Shown one piece after another: positions 9,699 to 19,329 of a stretch of 64,000 nucleotides of DNA. Source of the stretch: Candidatus Babeliales bacterium (lineage in GTDB: Bacteria; Babelota; Babeliae; Babelales; JACPOV01); assembly GCA_050250855.1 (NCBI GenBank), contig JBFWNW010000003.1, positions 96,001-160,000 on the forward strand. The letters are read 5' to 3'. The notes beneath the pieces are model-generated. The model was not told the origin of the DNA. It saw only the letters and a list, made by a program, of their open reading frames with translations, and searched no databases. The position numbers and the translations under genes are program-made. Numbering within the stretch: position 1 is the stretch's first letter; each line of letters opens with the position of its first letter.

Positions 9699-10300
9699 AC
9701 TTTTGTTCTCTGCGTTGAAACTATATAACGAATGCCAAGCCATATATAATGCGCTAACGATGCTAAGGCACAAAAAATCATAATGCCTAGCATGGTGTAA
9801 TACGTTTTTACCGGAACCCATGCAAAAAAGTAGCATGCAAAAAGCCACGTAATAAAAGCAATTTGCATAAACATGGTAAATTTGCCAAGCAATGAAGGAT
9901 GAATTTCAAGGCTACCCGTTTTATAGTAAATAATAAAAGCACCACCTATCAGTATCAATTCCTTTAAAAAAACAATCGCTACAAACCATAAAGGAATATG
10001 AAATAAAGGGGATTGTGCAAAAGCTAGCGTAAAAAAAACTGACAACACTAAAAATTTATCTGCTATAGGGTCAAGACACGCTCCTAGCTTTGTTTTCTGA
10101 TTACAAAAACGAGCAATGGAGCCATCAAGCATATCAGTTGCTGCTGCTATTAAAAATAATATGCATGCTGCTGGCCAATAATGCATAAGCATGGCGCCAA
10201 CAACAAACAATGCTAAAACTATACGAAATAGTGTCAATATTGTTGGAATAGTCAGCCATTTTTCATGTGCTGAAAGTGATGAAAAAAACGGTTTAAACAT
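9695..10300 (-). CDS. pgsA: CDP-alcohol phosphatidyltransferase (PgsA-like)
   Basis: TIPTILTLFRI and D-xx-DG-xx-AR...G-xxx-D-xxx-D motif (TDMLDGSIARFCNQKTKLGACLDPIADK). Start could be 10333. Confidence 0.85.
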   Translation of the reverse strand: MFKPFFSSLSAHEKWLTIPTILTLFRIVLALFVVGAMLMHYWPAACILFLIAAATDMLDGSIARFCNQKTKLGACLDPIADKFLVLSVFFTLAFAQSPLFHIPLWFVAIVFLKELILIGGAFIIYYKTGSLEIHPSLLGKFTMFMQIAFITWLFACYFFAWVPVKTYYTMLGIMIFCALASLAHYIWLGIRYIVSTQRTKV

Positions 10301-10387
10301 TATCTTTCTTTTGACTAACAAAGAACTAACCATTGCAAAGTATTACTATGATGTTACTGATAATCTATATTTTTGCTAGTGCTTACT

Positions 10388-11446
10388 TTAAAAAGATTGA
10401 ATAATACCACTACCAAGACACTGATCACCATCATAAAAAGCAGCAAACTGTCCTGCTGCAATACCTTGATCGTGTTCACGCAACTGCAAAGAAAGAGATC
10501 CATCAGCATTATAGCCTATAGAACAAGGGTATTTTTTTGCACCATGGCGCAACTTAACAAAAAGCTCATCTTTTTGTGGAGCTTTTCCAGAAATCCAATT
10601 GCACTCGCTCACTAGCAATGCATCACGCTTTTTTTCTTCTGAATAGTAATGACGAGAAATGTATACAATGTTGGCATTTGCGTCTTTACCCACAACGTAC
10701 CAGGGCCCTCCTGCAAGGCGAATGCCTCTGCGTTGCCCAATAGTATAAAACCAAAAACCGTTATGTTTACCAACAACAGTACCTGTTTCTTGTTCTATAA
10801 GATTGCCTTCTTGAATCCCTAAATGATGTTGCAAAAATTCATCAAAAGAAATTTTACCCAAAAAGCATATCCCTTGGCTATCTTTGCGATCTTTATTGGG
10901 CAAATTATATTCTTGCGCCAAAGCACGAACCTGCTGTTTATCTAAGTGCCCTATGGGAAACATAAGGCGCGATAACTGTTCTTGGCTCAAATAAGAAAGA
11001 AAATATGTTTGGTCTTTAATAAGATCTGGCGCTGTTTGCAAAACAGCTTTGCCATCTTGATGAATAACTTGCGCATAATGACCCGAAGCAATTTTATCAA
11101 AACTTGCATCAATATGATCTAAAAAGGCACCAAACTTAACCTGTTGATTGCAGAGCATATCAGGATTTGGGGTTTTACCCTTTTTTACCTGGGCAATAGT
11201 ATAGCTTACCACACGATCCCAATATTCTTTTTGCAAAGAAACAACGTTAAGGGGAACCTGTAGTTGCTCACATACTGCCTTGACGTAGGCAAGGTCAGTC
11301 TCCCAAGGACAGTCGCCCATATAGGCCAATTCGTCCTCAAGCCAAATTTTAAGGTAAAAAGCGGTGACAGTATGCCCCTGATCCTTTAAAAGTTTAAGGG
11401 CCAGAGAGCTATCAACCCCACCAGAAACCAATACTGCTATGTTCAT
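10388..11446 (-). CDS. mnmA: tRNA 2-thiouridine(34) synthase
   Basis: SGGVDSS, TPNPDMLCN, SGHYA, KDQTYFL and DSQGICF motifs. Confidence 0.97.
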   Translation of the reverse strand: MNIAVLVSGGVDSSLALKLLKDQGHTVTAFYLKIWLEDELAYMGDCPWETDLAYVKAVCEQLQVPLNVVSLQKEYWDRVVSYTIAQVKKGKTPNPDMLCNQQVKFGAFLDHIDASFDKIASGHYAQVIHQDGKAVLQTAPDLIKDQTYFLSYLSQEQLSRLMFPIGHLDKQQVRALAQEYNLPNKDRKDSQGICFLGKISFDEFLQHHLGIQEGNLIEQETGTVVGKHNGFWFYTIGQRRGIRLAGGPWYVVGKDANANIVYISRHYYSEEKKRDALLVSECNWISGKAPQKDELFVKLRHGAKKYPCSIGYNADGSLSLQLREHDQGIAAGQFAAFYDGDQCLGSGIIQSF

Positions 11447-11612
11447 AAAAATACCTTTGTAAAGATTTACTGTACCTATTTTAGCATATTTTTAACCTGA
11501 ACCCAACTCTACTTTAATGAATCTTTGATCCTCAAAGTATTGCTTTACAAGCCAATTCTTTGATAAAATTACAAATAGATATATTTTAAATATAAAATAT
11601 TGAGAAATAATT

Positions 11613-12410
11613 ATGAAGATCGTACGTTTTTTAACATATATAGCTATTTTAGCCCCTGTGTTCTTGGCTTATAGTCAAGACAGAGGTAAAAGCTTTTTTG
11701 AAAGACTTTCAACGTTTTTTGAGGAAGATGACCAGCGCCCAGATATGAAAGAAGAGCGCATTCCTGATCGACCCATAGAGCTCACTGACCTAGAACCAGA
11801 TCAAATTGGAGTATTGCTCAAAATAAAGTCTGATCAAGAAAAAAAACCTCTACTCCCGCCAAAAAAGCCGGTAACGTCTCATCGATCTAAACATTCTAAG
11901 CATTTTGACACAATACCAACCAAGGAAGAATTTGAAAAATTCTTGCGTGAAGAAGAAGAAAAGAAAAAAGAAAAAAGTTCTCTTTTGCAAGAAAAAGTAA
12001 AACCTGAAGAACAACGAAATTCATCTATACCCTACAACAATATTCCAACGCTGCAGGAAGCATTTATTGCATTAAACAATTTCCACCCAACTAAAACAGT
12101 GGTGGAGAAAAAGACAATAACCGTTATAAATTACACTCCTCTTGCAGTGTATCTTAATATCACCGATTATAATCAAGCGCCACAGGTTTATGAAATACCA
12201 GGAAATTCACAAAAAGAATTAACGCTACAATTTTATACCACTAACAAAGATTTTGATTTCAAACTCTATGGCTCTCAAGAACAGCTCTTTGCAAAAAAAT
12301 CAACCGCTACCAAAAATGCACAGATTTCAAAAAGAGTTAACACCATTTATATCTTTGTAGATAATGGAAAAATCTCTATTCAGGCAGACTTTAAAACGAA
12401 CAACCAATAA
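11613..12410 (+). CDS. Secreted hypothetical protein, paralog of 12426-13100; Pro-rich motif
   Basis: Signal peptide MKIVRFLT...; KPLLPPKKP; C-terminal domain shared with the downstream ORF. Confidence 0.7.
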   Translation: MKIVRFLTYIAILAPVFLAYSQDRGKSFFERLSTFFEEDDQRPDMKEERIPDRPIELTDLEPDQIGVLLKIKSDQEKKPLLPPKKPVTSHRSKHSKHFDTIPTKEEFEKFLREEEEKKKEKSSLLQEKVKPEEQRNSSIPYNNIPTLQEAFIALNNFHPTKTVVEKKTITVINYTPLAVYLNITDYNQAPQVYEIPGNSQKELTLQFYTTNKDFDFKLYGSQEQLFAKKSTATKNAQISKRVNTIYIFVDNGKISIQADFKTNNQ

Positions 12411-12425
12411 AAAAAGGAAAAAAAT

Positions 12426-13100
12426 ATGAAAATTATACGATTTTTAACACTAATAACTATCTATGCAACTATTTCTTGCACGCTCTACGGAGCACAAGAA
12501 AAGCAATACAGAGGCAAAATTCCTACCCAACAAGAAGCACAAAAAATTAATGCAGAATTAGAAAAACAAAGCACAACGGTTTATGAAAAAATTCCAACTT
12601 CTGAAAAAAGCGTTTATGACAAAATTCCTTTGGAAAAACCTTATGCAAAAACACCCGCTAGTAGCCCATCTTCAAGAAATGAATATGCAAAAACACCTAT
12701 AGCCGTAAAAGATCCTGTTGTATATAACATCCCTAGACCAGAAAAAGAAGAATGCATTTACAATAATATTGGAAATGCTGGTCCTAGCAATGCCCCTAAT
12801 GCCCCTGCCTCTAAAGTGCAAAATGTGGTATTAAAATCAATTACTATACAGAATAATACCGGCAAGAAAGTCTATGTCGAGATTGCTCTTAGGAAAAAAA
12901 TGTTTTCTAAAATATATATAGTTGAAGACTCCTCTCAGAAGGAAGCCCAGATAATACCAGGCTTAGGTATATTTACCGTTAATGTTTATACCGATGCAAA
13001 ACAAATCCCTATGAAAAAGACTATAATATCAAAAGAATTTGATCCCGTTAGCACTAATAAAATCTTAATTAATAAAAGCGGGATTGAATTTCAAAAATAA
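12426..13100 (+). CDS. Secreted protein with repeated tyrosine motifs
   Basis: Signal peptide MKIIRFLT...; VYEKIP, VYDKIP, PYAKTP, EYAKTP, VYNIP, IYNNI. Confidence 0.7.
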   Translation: MKIIRFLTLITIYATISCTLYGAQEKQYRGKIPTQQEAQKINAELEKQSTTVYEKIPTSEKSVYDKIPLEKPYAKTPASSPSSRNEYAKTPIAVKDPVVYNIPRPEKEECIYNNIGNAGPSNAPNAPASKVQNVVLKSITIQNNTGKKVYVEIALRKKMFSKIYIVEDSSQKEAQIIPGLGIFTVNVYTDAKQIPMKKTIISKEFDPVSTNKILINKSGIEFQK

Positions 13101-13218
13101 TAACCAGAAAGTAAAAAGAGTAAAAATAGCAAGGCTTTGCCTAGAAAATCAAAAAAAGCTATACTGCAAAATATAACGATTCATATTTTATAGTTTTAAC
13201 AGGTATAGTGACTTTTTT

Positions 13219-14868
13219 ATGAAACATGCTCTTGAGTCCTTAAAGCACTCTTTTTTTGATCATCTTGTAAAAATATTTCCTGATGCCAGAGAAAACCTTC
13301 ATGCTATTACGTTGGATATAAATACCGATGAACACAAGCAAGCATTTGGTGATATAACTTCTAATGCTGCGCTTATTCTTGGCAAAGCATTGGGTAAAAA
13401 CCCTCGTGAAGTTGCTACCTCTCTAGCCCAACAGTTCAAAAGTACGCAAGTCAAAAATATAGAAATTGCAGGACCTGGATTTTTAAACTTTTTTCTTGAG
13501 CATGCAACCTTTGTTGAACTTACCTGCAATCTTTTTAAAGAGCCTCGTGAATTTTTTGTTCCTGATGATATCACCAAACATCGCTATTCTGTTGAATTTG
13601 TCAGCGCAAACCCTACAGGGCCTTTGCATTTAGGGCACGGACGTGGCGGCATTATTGGTGACGTTCTGAGTAATGTTTTAACCTTCATAGGACACACGGT
13701 TACCAAAGAATATTATATTAATGACGCTGGCTCTCAAATACAAAAATTAGGAACCTCTTTTAAAGTACGTTATTTACAAGAACTTGGCATAGAAGCTGAG
13801 CTACCAGAAGAAGGCTACCGTGGCGATTATTTAATTGATCTTGCAAAAAAATGCATTAAGGAACATGGTAAAAAAGTTGCAGAAAAACCTGATACATTTT
13901 TTGAGCAATATGCCAAAGAACATATGCTCGAGCAGATAAAAGAAACTCTCAAAGAATACGGCATTACCTTTGATCTCTGGTTTTCAGAAAAAACATTGCA
14001 TGATGATGGTTCTGTAGAAAAAGCGCTTGAGATTTTAAAAAAGCGAAATTTTACCTATGAACATGATGGTGCTTTATGGTTCAAGGCAACAGCATTTGGT
14101 GACGATAAAGATCGCGTATTGCGCAAACAAAGTGGTGAATTAACCTACATTTCTGGCGATATTGCGTATACAGAAAATAAATTCGAACGCTGTGACCGCG
14201 CAATTATGATTTTAGGCCAAGATCATCACAGCTATGTTGTGCGCTTAAAAGGAATTGCCGCTGCACTTGGCTACAACCCAGATTATCTTGATGTCATTTT
14301 GTATCAATTAGTAACACTCAAAGAATCTGGCGAGCTTTTGCGTATGTCAAAACGTGCTGGCACTATGGTAACGCTAGAAGATGTTATTGAAGCGGTTGGC
14401 AAAGATGTTGCACGCTTTTTCTTTTTAAATCGTAAAGCTGATGCGCATTTAGAATTTGATTTGGCGCTTGCACTCAAAAAAACTGAAGAAAATCCTGTAT
14501 ACTATATTCAATATGCTTACGTGCGTACTAAAAGTATTTTAGACAAAGCATTAGAAAAAGATGAGCTTGAAGGTCTTTGCACTGAAGATGCTGCCATGGT
14601 CGGCCAAGCAGAACATCTTTTACTTAAAAAAATCTGCGTCCTCAAAGAACTTTTGGTTAATATTTCTCATAATCACCAAAGCCATTTATTGACCTATTAC
14701 GTTCTTGAATTGGCAAAACTATTCCATGCTTATTATGCAAAAAATAAAGTTATCGATATGGATAATATTCCGCAAAGCCGTGCACGCTTGCTGCTTATTG
14801 CTATTCTCAAACAAAGCTTTGAACTCTGTTTAGATTTGTTAGGATTAGAAAAACCGGAAAAGATGTAA
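13219..14868 (+). CDS. argS: Arginine--tRNA ligase
   Basis: EFVSANPTGPLHLGHGRG (HIGH), MSKRAG, NPVYYIQYAY, C-terminal PEKM. Confidence 0.98.
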   Translation: MKHALESLKHSFFDHLVKIFPDARENLHAITLDINTDEHKQAFGDITSNAALILGKALGKNPREVATSLAQQFKSTQVKNIEIAGPGFLNFFLEHATFVELTCNLFKEPREFFVPDDITKHRYSVEFVSANPTGPLHLGHGRGGIIGDVLSNVLTFIGHTVTKEYYINDAGSQIQKLGTSFKVRYLQELGIEAELPEEGYRGDYLIDLAKKCIKEHGKKVAEKPDTFFEQYAKEHMLEQIKETLKEYGITFDLWFSEKTLHDDGSVEKALEILKKRNFTYEHDGALWFKATAFGDDKDRVLRKQSGELTYISGDIAYTENKFERCDRAIMILGQDHHSYVVRLKGIAAALGYNPDYLDVILYQLVTLKESGELLRMSKRAGTMVTLEDVIEAVGKDVARFFFLNRKADAHLEFDLALALKKTEENPVYYIQYAYVRTKSILDKALEKDELEGLCTEDAAMVGQAEHLLLKKICVLKELLVNISHNHQSHLLTYYVLELAKLFHAYYAKNKVIDMDNIPQSRARLLLIAILKQSFELCLDLLGLEKPEKM

Positions 14869-15831
14869 ATGATTTTACAATTTGCTTATACGAACTTCTT
14901 TAATCCACCGATTCTTTTTTTCTTTCTTGGCATGATTGCTACGTTTTTAAAAGTAGACCTCAATATCCCAAATCCTTTGCCAAAATTTATTGCACTCTAT
15001 TTGCTTATTGCAATCGGCTTTGAAGGTGGCGTACAGTTAAGCATGGCAGGATTAAATTTTTATACGTTGGTAATTCTTGTTGCCTGCATAGGCTCAAGTA
15101 TTATCGTAAGTTTGTACAGTTTTTTTATCTTGCGCTATGGCGTTGATACATATAACGCTGCTGCAATTGCTGCTTCATACGGCTCTGTAAGCGCAGTTAC
15201 TTTTATTACGGCAACAACACTACTCAAAGCAATTTCTATTCCATTTAGTGGCACCATGGTTGCTGCATTGGCGCTCATGGAATCACCAGCTATTATTGTT
15301 GGCTTATATTTAGTACAAAAATATGCCGCTGAAAATAATGGCGAACAGAACTCTATGCTCCGTGAAGCATTTCTTAATAACTCAGTATTTTTACTCTTAG
15401 GCTCTATGCTCATAGGCTTTATAGCAGAACCTTCAACACGCATCACTCTGCAGCCATTTTTACATGATATTTTTAAAGGAATGCTCTGCCTCTTTTTACT
15501 TGATATGGGCCTTTTGACAGCCCGCCGCATGGCAGATATTAAAAAAAATGGCATATTTTTATGCAGTTTTGCTCTGCTTATGCCGTTAGTAAATGCATGC
15601 GTAGCAATCATCATTGGCTCCTGCATTAACTTGCATCATGGCGATCTTCTTTTATTTACGGTACTTTCTGCAAGCGCTTCTTACATTGCGGTACCTGCTG
15701 CATTGCGTATGGCAATTCCCCAAGCAAATCCAAGCCTTTATCTTTCTATGGCGCTTGGTATTACGTTCCCCTTTAATATCCTCATAGGACTTCCGCTCTA
15801 TTTACACCTTATAACCTTTCTTAAAGGATAA
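14869..15831 (+). CDS. sbtA: Sodium-dependent bicarbonate transporter family permease (SbtA)
   Basis: PPILFFFLG, YGSVSAVTF, MESPAIIVG, FLLDMG, SASYIAVPAALR and GITFPFNI motifs. Confidence 0.9.
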   Translation: MILQFAYTNFFNPPILFFFLGMIATFLKVDLNIPNPLPKFIALYLLIAIGFEGGVQLSMAGLNFYTLVILVACIGSSIIVSLYSFFILRYGVDTYNAAAIAASYGSVSAVTFITATTLLKAISIPFSGTMVAALALMESPAIIVGLYLVQKYAAENNGEQNSMLREAFLNNSVFLLLGSMLIGFIAEPSTRITLQPFLHDIFKGMLCLFLLDMGLLTARRMADIKKNGIFLCSFALLMPLVNACVAIIIGSCINLHHGDLLLFTVLSASASYIAVPAALRMAIPQANPSLYLSMALGITFPFNILIGLPLYLHLITFLKG

Positions 15832-15833
15832 GT

Positions 15834-16127
15834 ATGATTCCTGCTTTAAAAGTAGAAATTATTGTCGAGGCTGTAAGCCAACCAAAAATTATTGCGTTGC
15901 TTGATAAACTCCAGATTAATGGGTACAGCATAATTAAAGACGTTACAGGCCGAGGAACTCATGGCACCTGTGATGCCGAAGAAATTTCTGATATTTTTAA
16001 AAACATTTATATTATTGTCATTTGCACGCAAGAACAAAGTACACCATTGCTTGAAGGAATGCGCCCATTAATTAAAAAATATGGCGGTATTGTTTTCACT
16101 TCAACCGTTTCTGTTCTAAAAAAGTGA
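15834..16127 (+). CDS. sbtB: PII-like regulator (SbtB-like)
   Basis: KVEIIVE...GYSIIKDVTGRG...KKYGGI; lies directly after sbtA. Confidence 0.82.
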   Translation: MIPALKVEIIVEAVSQPKIIALLDKLQINGYSIIKDVTGRGTHGTCDAEEISDIFKNIYIIVICTQEQSTPLLEGMRPLIKKYGGIVFTSTVSVLKK

Positions 16128-16228
16128 CCTTTTAATTCATTTTGAAAAAAAACAAGAATTCTTATTGATTTTGCAGCAAAAATAATTACACTATTCATGT
16201 AATTATACATCAATCTATAAGGATTCTT

Positions 16229-17011
16229 ATGAAATACGCATCATATGCACAGCTTTTATGCATTTTCTTCTCTTGCGCAGCACTAACACAAGCATCAGAA
16301 GATGCTCCACAGTTCAATCAAGAAACTATTAGGCAAGAAGGTCAAAGATTAGGCTCTCAAGCATTCACTATTGCTGAACATCTTGCTGGGTTAACACAAA
16401 AAACCCCAACTGTATTTTCTCTTGATAAGCAACAAACACTTCAGGAACTTGAACAAGCAAAAAATACCATCGATCTTTTAAAGCAAAGCAATGAATCTTT
16501 GGAGCAAGAAAAACAAAAAAACATCGGTGTACAAAAATCTTTTGAACATGAATTAGACCTAGTAAAGAAAATTGATCTTGAAAAAACAACGCTCGACAGT
16601 AGAAAAGCTGAAATTCGTAAAAAGCTTGATAACGATATTCAAGCAATAAAACAGGAAAAAATTCGAGAGCTAGCAAAAGAAGTATTGATAGGACTTTTAA
16701 GAAATGAAGTCAAAGAGATTGTGAAGCCTGAATACATCAGTGCTCTTATTCAGCAAAAACTTGCAGCATTTGATAATAAAACCATTATCGACAGACTCTA
16801 TTACTATCAAAAAGAATACAAAGCTTTAGGCATGGAAACCGAATATAAAGCAATAACTACTACGCTGCTCAAGGTTCAAGCCTACAGTTCTCAAAAATCA
16901 GAATCATTTGCTAAGGAAATTCTTGTACCAGGACTTAAGCAAGGGTGTAAGCTTTTAATTGGCGAAATCCGTAATTTATGGCACACTAAAGAGCAATCAA
17001 CTGAAAATTAG
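16229..17011 (+). CDS. Secreted coiled-coil hypothetical protein
   Basis: Signal peptide followed by Q/E/K-rich helical sequence. Confidence 0.7.
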   Translation: MKYASYAQLLCIFFSCAALTQASEDAPQFNQETIRQEGQRLGSQAFTIAEHLAGLTQKTPTVFSLDKQQTLQELEQAKNTIDLLKQSNESLEQEKQKNIGVQKSFEHELDLVKKIDLEKTTLDSRKAEIRKKLDNDIQAIKQEKIRELAKEVLIGLLRNEVKEIVKPEYISALIQQKLAAFDNKTIIDRLYYYQKEYKALGMETEYKAITTTLLKVQAYSSQKSESFAKEILVPGLKQGCKLLIGEIRNLWHTKEQSTEN

Positions 17012-17039
17012 CCAAAAACATAGTGATTAAGGAGCTTTC

Positions 17040-17636
17040 ATGGCAAAAATAGATAAAGATTTAATACAAGATTTAAGAAATAGAACCGGTTGCGGTATGA
17101 TGGACTGCAAAAAAGCCCTAGAAGAAACTGGCGGCGACATTGATAAGTCTATCGAAATTCTACGCAAAAAAGGTGCTTCTATCGCTGAAAAGCGTTCTGG
17201 CAACAAAACAGCAGAAGGCATTATTGAGGCCTATATTCACCCTGGCAATCAAGTAGGTGTTTTAATCGAACTTAATTGCGAAACAGACTTTGTTGCCCGC
17301 ACTGCAGCTATGCATCAGTTTGCAAAAGACGTTGCTATGCACATTGCTGCATTACGTCCTGAATACCTCAAACCTGAAGATGCTGATCCTAAATTTGTTG
17401 AAAATGAGCTTCGCATCATTCATGAGCAACTAACAGAAGAAAAAAAGCCTGAGAAAATGATTGCTCAGATTGCTCAAGGAAAACTTAAAAAAATCTTGAC
17501 AGAAAAATGCCTTCTTGAGCAACCATTTGTAAAAAATGACAAAATAACAGTACATGATGCTCTTAAAGAGCTTATTGCAAAACTTGGTGAAAATATTGTT
17601 ATCAAACGCTTCTGCCGTTTTGAAATAGGTGCGTAA
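17040..17636 (+). CDS. tsf: Elongation factor Ts (short form)
   Basis: LRNRTGCGMMDCKKAL, ELNCETDFVA and LGENIVIKRF motifs. Confidence 0.97.
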   Translation: MAKIDKDLIQDLRNRTGCGMMDCKKALEETGGDIDKSIEILRKKGASIAEKRSGNKTAEGIIEAYIHPGNQVGVLIELNCETDFVARTAAMHQFAKDVAMHIAALRPEYLKPEDADPKFVENELRIIHEQLTEEKKPEKMIAQIAQGKLKKILTEKCLLEQPFVKNDKITVHDALKELIAKLGENIVIKRFCRFEIGA

Positions 17637-17642
17637 GAGAAC

Positions 17643-18353
17643 ATGAGCAAAAAAATAGTTCTGCTGAAAATAACCGGAGAAATTTTGGTCGGCCAGGACA
17701 ACCATTCATTGGATAAAAGAATGGTATGTACTATTGCCGACCAGATTAAAGCTCTGGCGGATAGCTATTATTTTGGCATTGTTATTGGTGGTGGCAACTT
17801 CTTTCGTGGCTCACGACAAGGAAAACAGCTAGGTTTAACACCCTCCGTTGGCCATCAAGTTGGTATGCTCGCAACCATGATGAATGGGCTTATTGTTAAA
17901 GACATTTTTGAATCCCATGGATTACCATCTTCATTATTCTGTGCTGTACCAGCTCCTGAAATTGGCGCTCCTGTTTCTCATCAAGCAATTAATTCTGCTT
18001 TAGCAAAAGGACAATGCCTCATTTTTAGTGGTGGTACGGGAAATCCTTTCTTTTCAACAGATACCACAGCAGTATTACGTGCATTGCAAATTGAAGCTCA
18101 TGAAGTATGGAAAGGAACACTCGTTGATGGCGTTTATGCTGATGACCCACGCAAAAAACCTGATGTAAAGCGCTTTGAGCATATAAGCTATAAAGAGGTA
18201 CTTGATAAAGAATTAGGTATCATGGATTTACCTGCCATTGCATTAGCACAACAGCATCGATTACCTATTCGCGTATTTGATATCTTTAAAAAAGATGCTC
18301 TTTTGCTCGCTGCCTCAGATCCATTATTTGGTAGCACCATTAATTCATATTAG
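17643..18353 (+). CDS. pyrH: Uridylate kinase
   Basis: LLKITGE, GGGNFFRG, GTGNPFFSTDT and VDGVYADDP motifs. Confidence 0.96.
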   Translation: MSKKIVLLKITGEILVGQDNHSLDKRMVCTIADQIKALADSYYFGIVIGGGNFFRGSRQGKQLGLTPSVGHQVGMLATMMNGLIVKDIFESHGLPSSLFCAVPAPEIGAPVSHQAINSALAKGQCLIFSGGTGNPFFSTDTTAVLRALQIEAHEVWKGTLVDGVYADDPRKKPDVKRFEHISYKEVLDKELGIMDLPAIALAQQHRLPIRVFDIFKKDALLLAASDPLFGSTINSY

Positions 18354-18368
18354 ATTAAAAGGATTATT

Positions 18369-18956
18369 ATGATTGAACTACGATTAACTGATCAAAATCA
18401 AAAAGAATTTGAAAAAGCCGTTCAACAAGAAATGGAAAAATCGATCAAACATTTTGAACGTGAACTGATTACTATTCGTACAGGGCGCGCTCACCCTTCT
18501 TTGGTTGAAGATATTCAAATTATTTGTTACGGCAACACGCCTATGCGCATTAAAGAAACGGCATCTATTGCGACACCTGAGGCACGACTCATTACTATTA
18601 CCCCTTGGGATAAATCTATTTTAGGCGATATAGAAAAAGGAATCCAACAATCAGACCTTGGTGTAACACCGGTCAATGATGGAACTATTATTCGTATTTC
18701 TTTGCCTGAGATGTCTACGCAACGCCGTGAAGAATTGGCAAAAGTTCTTGGTAAAAAACTTGAAGAAACCAAAGTGAGCATCCGTAACACCCGCAAAGAT
18801 TTTCATAATTTGGTAAGAGACTCTCAGAAAAATAAGCATATTTCTGAAGATCATGAACGCCGTTTAAATGACGCTCTTCAAAAACTAACCGATTCCTTCA
18901 TTACCAAATGCGACGAAATGGCTGAGCGTAAAAAGAAAGAGATTACCTCTGTTTAA
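18369..18956 (+). CDS. frr: Ribosome recycling factor
   Basis: IRTGRAHP, ITPWD, DLGVTPVNDG and RRE motifs; follows pyrH. Confidence 0.96.
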   Translation: MIELRLTDQNQKEFEKAVQQEMEKSIKHFERELITIRTGRAHPSLVEDIQIICYGNTPMRIKETASIATPEARLITITPWDKSILGDIEKGIQQSDLGVTPVNDGTIIRISLPEMSTQRREELAKVLGKKLEETKVSIRNTRKDFHNLVRDSQKNKHISEDHERRLNDALQKLTDSFITKCDEMAERKKKEITSV

Positions 18957-19040
18957 AATTAGCTTCCTTTTTTCCTTTTTTATGCTATGCTTACAGGCAT
19001 GAGTTACTTACCTATTTTTTTGAAATATCTGAAGGCTTAA

Positions 19041-19116
19041 GGGCCGCTAGCTCAATTGGTAGAGCAACAGACTCTTAATCTGTGGGTTATTGGTTCGATT
19101 CCAATGCGGCCCACCA
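19041..19116 (+). tRNA. tRNA-Lys(CTT)
   Basis: GGGCCGC acceptor stem; anticodon arm ACAGA-CTCTTAA-TCTGT; GGTTCGA T-loop; 3' CCA. Confidence 0.95.
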
Positions 19117-19224
19117 TCTGTTGTTAAGAGGCTTGAGGCTTTCTGGCAAAATAAAATAGATCCTTATAAAGTTAATCGGTTTCTTCCTTTTAGGGGAATA
19201 TTAAGATAATCTTTGAAAAAACGT

Positions 19225-19309
19225 GCAAGAGTGGCGGAATTGGTAGACGCACTGGATTTAGGATCCAGCGCCGAAAGGCATGGGGGTTCGAGTCCCTTCT
19301 CTTGCACCA
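19225..19309 (+). tRNA. tRNA-Leu(TAG)
   Basis: GCAAGAG acceptor stem; anticodon arm CTGGA-TTTAGGA-TCCAG; long variable arm; GGTTCGAG; 3' CCA. Confidence 0.95.
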
Positions 19310-19329
19310 TAAAAAAGGAGATATAGGTA

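Noticed and set aside
9699..9848. N-terminal extension of the 9324-9848 ORF
   Set aside because: It overlaps pgsA on the same strand; the ATG at 9698 begins a clear signal peptide.
19041..19309. tRNA-anchored prophage or genomic island
   Set aside because: No adjacent integrase or duplicated tRNA 3' end seen; flanked by housekeeping genes.
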